Shown: positions 62,379 through 64,000 of the stretch, in pieces
Position numbering within the stretch: position 1 is the first letter of the stretch
How the letters are laid out: every line of letters begins with the position of its first letter
DNA from: a virus
Lineage: Duplodnaviria; Caudoviricetes
Direction: 5' to 3' (one strand)
DNA: 64,000 nucleotides
IMG/VR virus record: IMGVR_UViG_3300014205_000170
Span: 1 to 64,000 of that record
Notes under the pieces: generated by a model
What the model was told of the DNA's origin: nothing
The model's input: the letters and a program-made list of their open reading frames with translations, nothing else
Database searches by the model: none
Position numbers and translations under genes: made by a program

Positions 62379-62615
62379 AATGAGCATAAAAAACATAAGA
62401 ATGCCAATGACAGAGAAAAAAATGAATGTCATTTTGAGAGCACGTATAGAAAATAGAATTAAAGAACTAAAATCTGGTTTAAGAGATTATCAGGGATTTA
62501 ACGAAGATGGTAGTAGAAAAATACAATATATTTCTACTACATTTAGTGCTGGTGCTCATTCTTTTTGGAGAAGTGCCGCCGATAGAATTGAAGAATTAGA
62601 ACGATTATTAAGATA

Positions 62616-62963
62616 ATGAATAGAACGCTTAAAAACAAAGAATTTATTGCGCCAAATCCAGATTTAAATTCTCGTGATGTTTTGATTGAAAAGAATTTCT
62701 TAATTCGTATCAAAATTAATGAAGAGGATTTATTTATGAATGATGAGGTATGGTATTTTAGATTTGCGAATAAACGAATTTTAGTAAGATGTTCTACAAA
62801 CTCAGAGAGAGAAAGTATTAGAGTTAACATTAATGATTATGGTGATATGTTCGTAGACAGATGTAGGAAAAAAGGATTTTATGTAGTTGCAAATTATACT
62901 TGGGTCTACAATGGTTGTTTAATTGGAAAATGTGATACAGAAAAATTTAAAACAATTGGATAA
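62616..62963 (+). CDS. Family B small protein
   Basis: SRDVLIEKNF..VWYF..VRC. Confidence 0.75.
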   Translation: MNRTLKNKEFIAPNPDLNSRDVLIEKNFLIRIKINEEDLFMNDEVWYFRFANKRILVRCSTNSERESIRVNINDYGDMFVDRCRKKGFYVVANYTWVYNGCLIGKCDTEKFKTIG

Positions 62964-63387
62964 AAATAACACAAATATTCTTCAAAGAGTAATTTTATTT
63001 GAAAAAACTCAAAAATCATTAGTTACCTGGATTTCTGATTATGATAAAGGAACTATAGTTAAATCCATTGAAATGGGTGGTATGGGCGAAGGTTATGAAT
63101 TGGCAATACAAGAATGTTTAATTGAAATATTGAGAAGTTTACAACATTTAAAACCTTCAGAAGAACCTGAAAGTTTTACTGTTGAAGTAAAGGATGCAAC
63201 GAACAAAGCTGTTGCAAAATTAGATGAAACTTTTGGGTTTTCAGGAGCACAAGTTTCGGCAGCGCAAAGTCTTGCTTCTTTTATTTGGAGAAACACACTA
63301 GAAAAAGCATTTAAAGAAATTTCAGAAGAACGTATTATTAAAATTTTTAAGAGTAAAAATGGGACGGCTCGATTAATTAAAGAATAA
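62956..63387 (+). CDS. Hypothetical protein, N-terminal EK motif
   Basis: RVILFEK; SIEMGGMGEGYE; start uncertain. Confidence 0.65.
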   Translation: MDKNNTNILQRVILFEKTQKSLVTWISDYDKGTIVKSIEMGGMGEGYELAIQECLIEILRSLQHLKPSEEPESFTVEVKDATNKAVAKLDETFGFSGAQVSAAQSLASFIWRNTLEKAFKEISEERIIKIFKSKNGTARLIKE

Positions 63388-63388
63388 A

Positions 63389-63616
63389 ATGAGTATAGCA
63401 AAAATTAAAAGTATATTGATAGACAAAGGTTATTATTCAGATGACCATGCTATTTCAAGTAGATGTATAAGAGATATTATTTCTGCATATAAAAAAGTAG
63501 AAAGACAATCTATAAATAAAAAAGCGAAGAAGATAGCAATAGCTAATCTAGAAAGAACAAGAAATGTACTACTCGAAAAGAAAAATTTAAAAAAAGTACG
63601 TAAAAGAAAAACTTGA
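63389..63616 (+). CDS. Basic hypothetical protein, EK motif
   Basis: RNVLLEK. Confidence 0.65.
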   Translation: MSIAKIKSILIDKGYYSDDHAISSRCIRDIISAYKKVERQSINKKAKKIAIANLERTRNVLLEKKNLKKVRKRKT

Positions 63617-63726
63617 GACGAAGCGTAAAAAGGAACAAGAAGAGTTGAAAAAAAATATTACTCCAGCACAAAGAGAAGAATTTAAAAGAATTGCCGAACA
63701 AATGAAAGACACAAACAACACATAAC

Positions 63727-64000
63727 ATGCAAGATATTTTAAATACGCATTATGGTTCGAGAGATGTTTTGATTGAAAAGAATTTTATAATTAAAATAAT
63801 TCCTGCTGAATATGTAAGTCCTGATTTGGTATGGTATTTTAAATATATAAATGAGAAATTTAGTGTTAGACATGCTACAAAAAAAGAAAAGGAAGATATA
63901 ATTAATGATAGAAATTATTTTGGTATGTCATTTAGAGAAAGATGTAAACTTAATGGAATTTATGTGTCAACAAATGAATCTTGGATGCTTAATAAATGTT
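63727..64000 (+). CDS. Partial family B protein (paralog of 62616), absent from the ORF track
   Basis: MQDILNTHYGSRDVLIEKNFIIK..VWYF..; open to window end. Confidence 0.75.
   Translation, partial: MQDILNTHYGSRDVLIEKNFIIKIIPAEYVSPDLVWYFKYINEKFSVRHATKKEKEDIINDRNYFGMSFRERCKLNGIYVSTNESWMLNKC

Noticed and set aside
640-63728. Numerous antisense or nested ORFs in the track
   Set aside because: Shadow frames of better-supported genes with no promoter or leader
1-64000. Alternative genetic code (TAG or TGA recoding)
   Set aside because: Long ORFs are intact under code 11 and several genes end cleanly in TAG or TGA; only one internal TAG was seen
39866-64000. EK motif as a DNA-level repeat or promoter
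   Set aside because: Always in the coding frame with free synonymous variation

Overview
AT-rich, densely coding fragment of a large (jumbo-like) dsDNA phage genome, most likely infecting Bacteroidota (A-rich leaders without Shine-Dalgarno, TAnnTTTG promoter boxes). The host and phage calls are inference, and no structural genes are present. Three blocks: (i) 1-39.8 kb, + strand, small accessory genes, many preceded by a conserved ECF-type promoter GTAAC-N17-CGTATAGTAC (about 50 copies in the window), plus four aberrant tRNA-like RNAs; (ii) 39.9-46.9 kb, - strand, with an ECF sigma factor and a WGR-domain ATP-dependent DNA ligase; (iii) 47.9-64 kb, + strand, tightly packed paralogous small proteins after a repeat-rich, origin-like gap. 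Recognisable products: two M28 peptidases, peptide deformylase, 3D-domain protein, N6-adenine methyltransferase, DUF1281- and DUF3085-like proteins, bestrophin. Main unexplained signals: (1) a short peptide motif [RK]-x-[VI]-[LIM]-[ILVTF]-E-K in about 35 mostly unrelated proteins at 39.9-64 kb; (2) promoters that double as gene-cassette junctions and supply the upstream stop codon; (3) a second promoter-like class TGGCAGA-N17-CGTATATCA pointing into non-coding GC-rich islands; (4) a structured RNA 3' of the sigma gene with a 15-nt perfect complement to that gene's 5' leader. All calls are by eye, without database searches.
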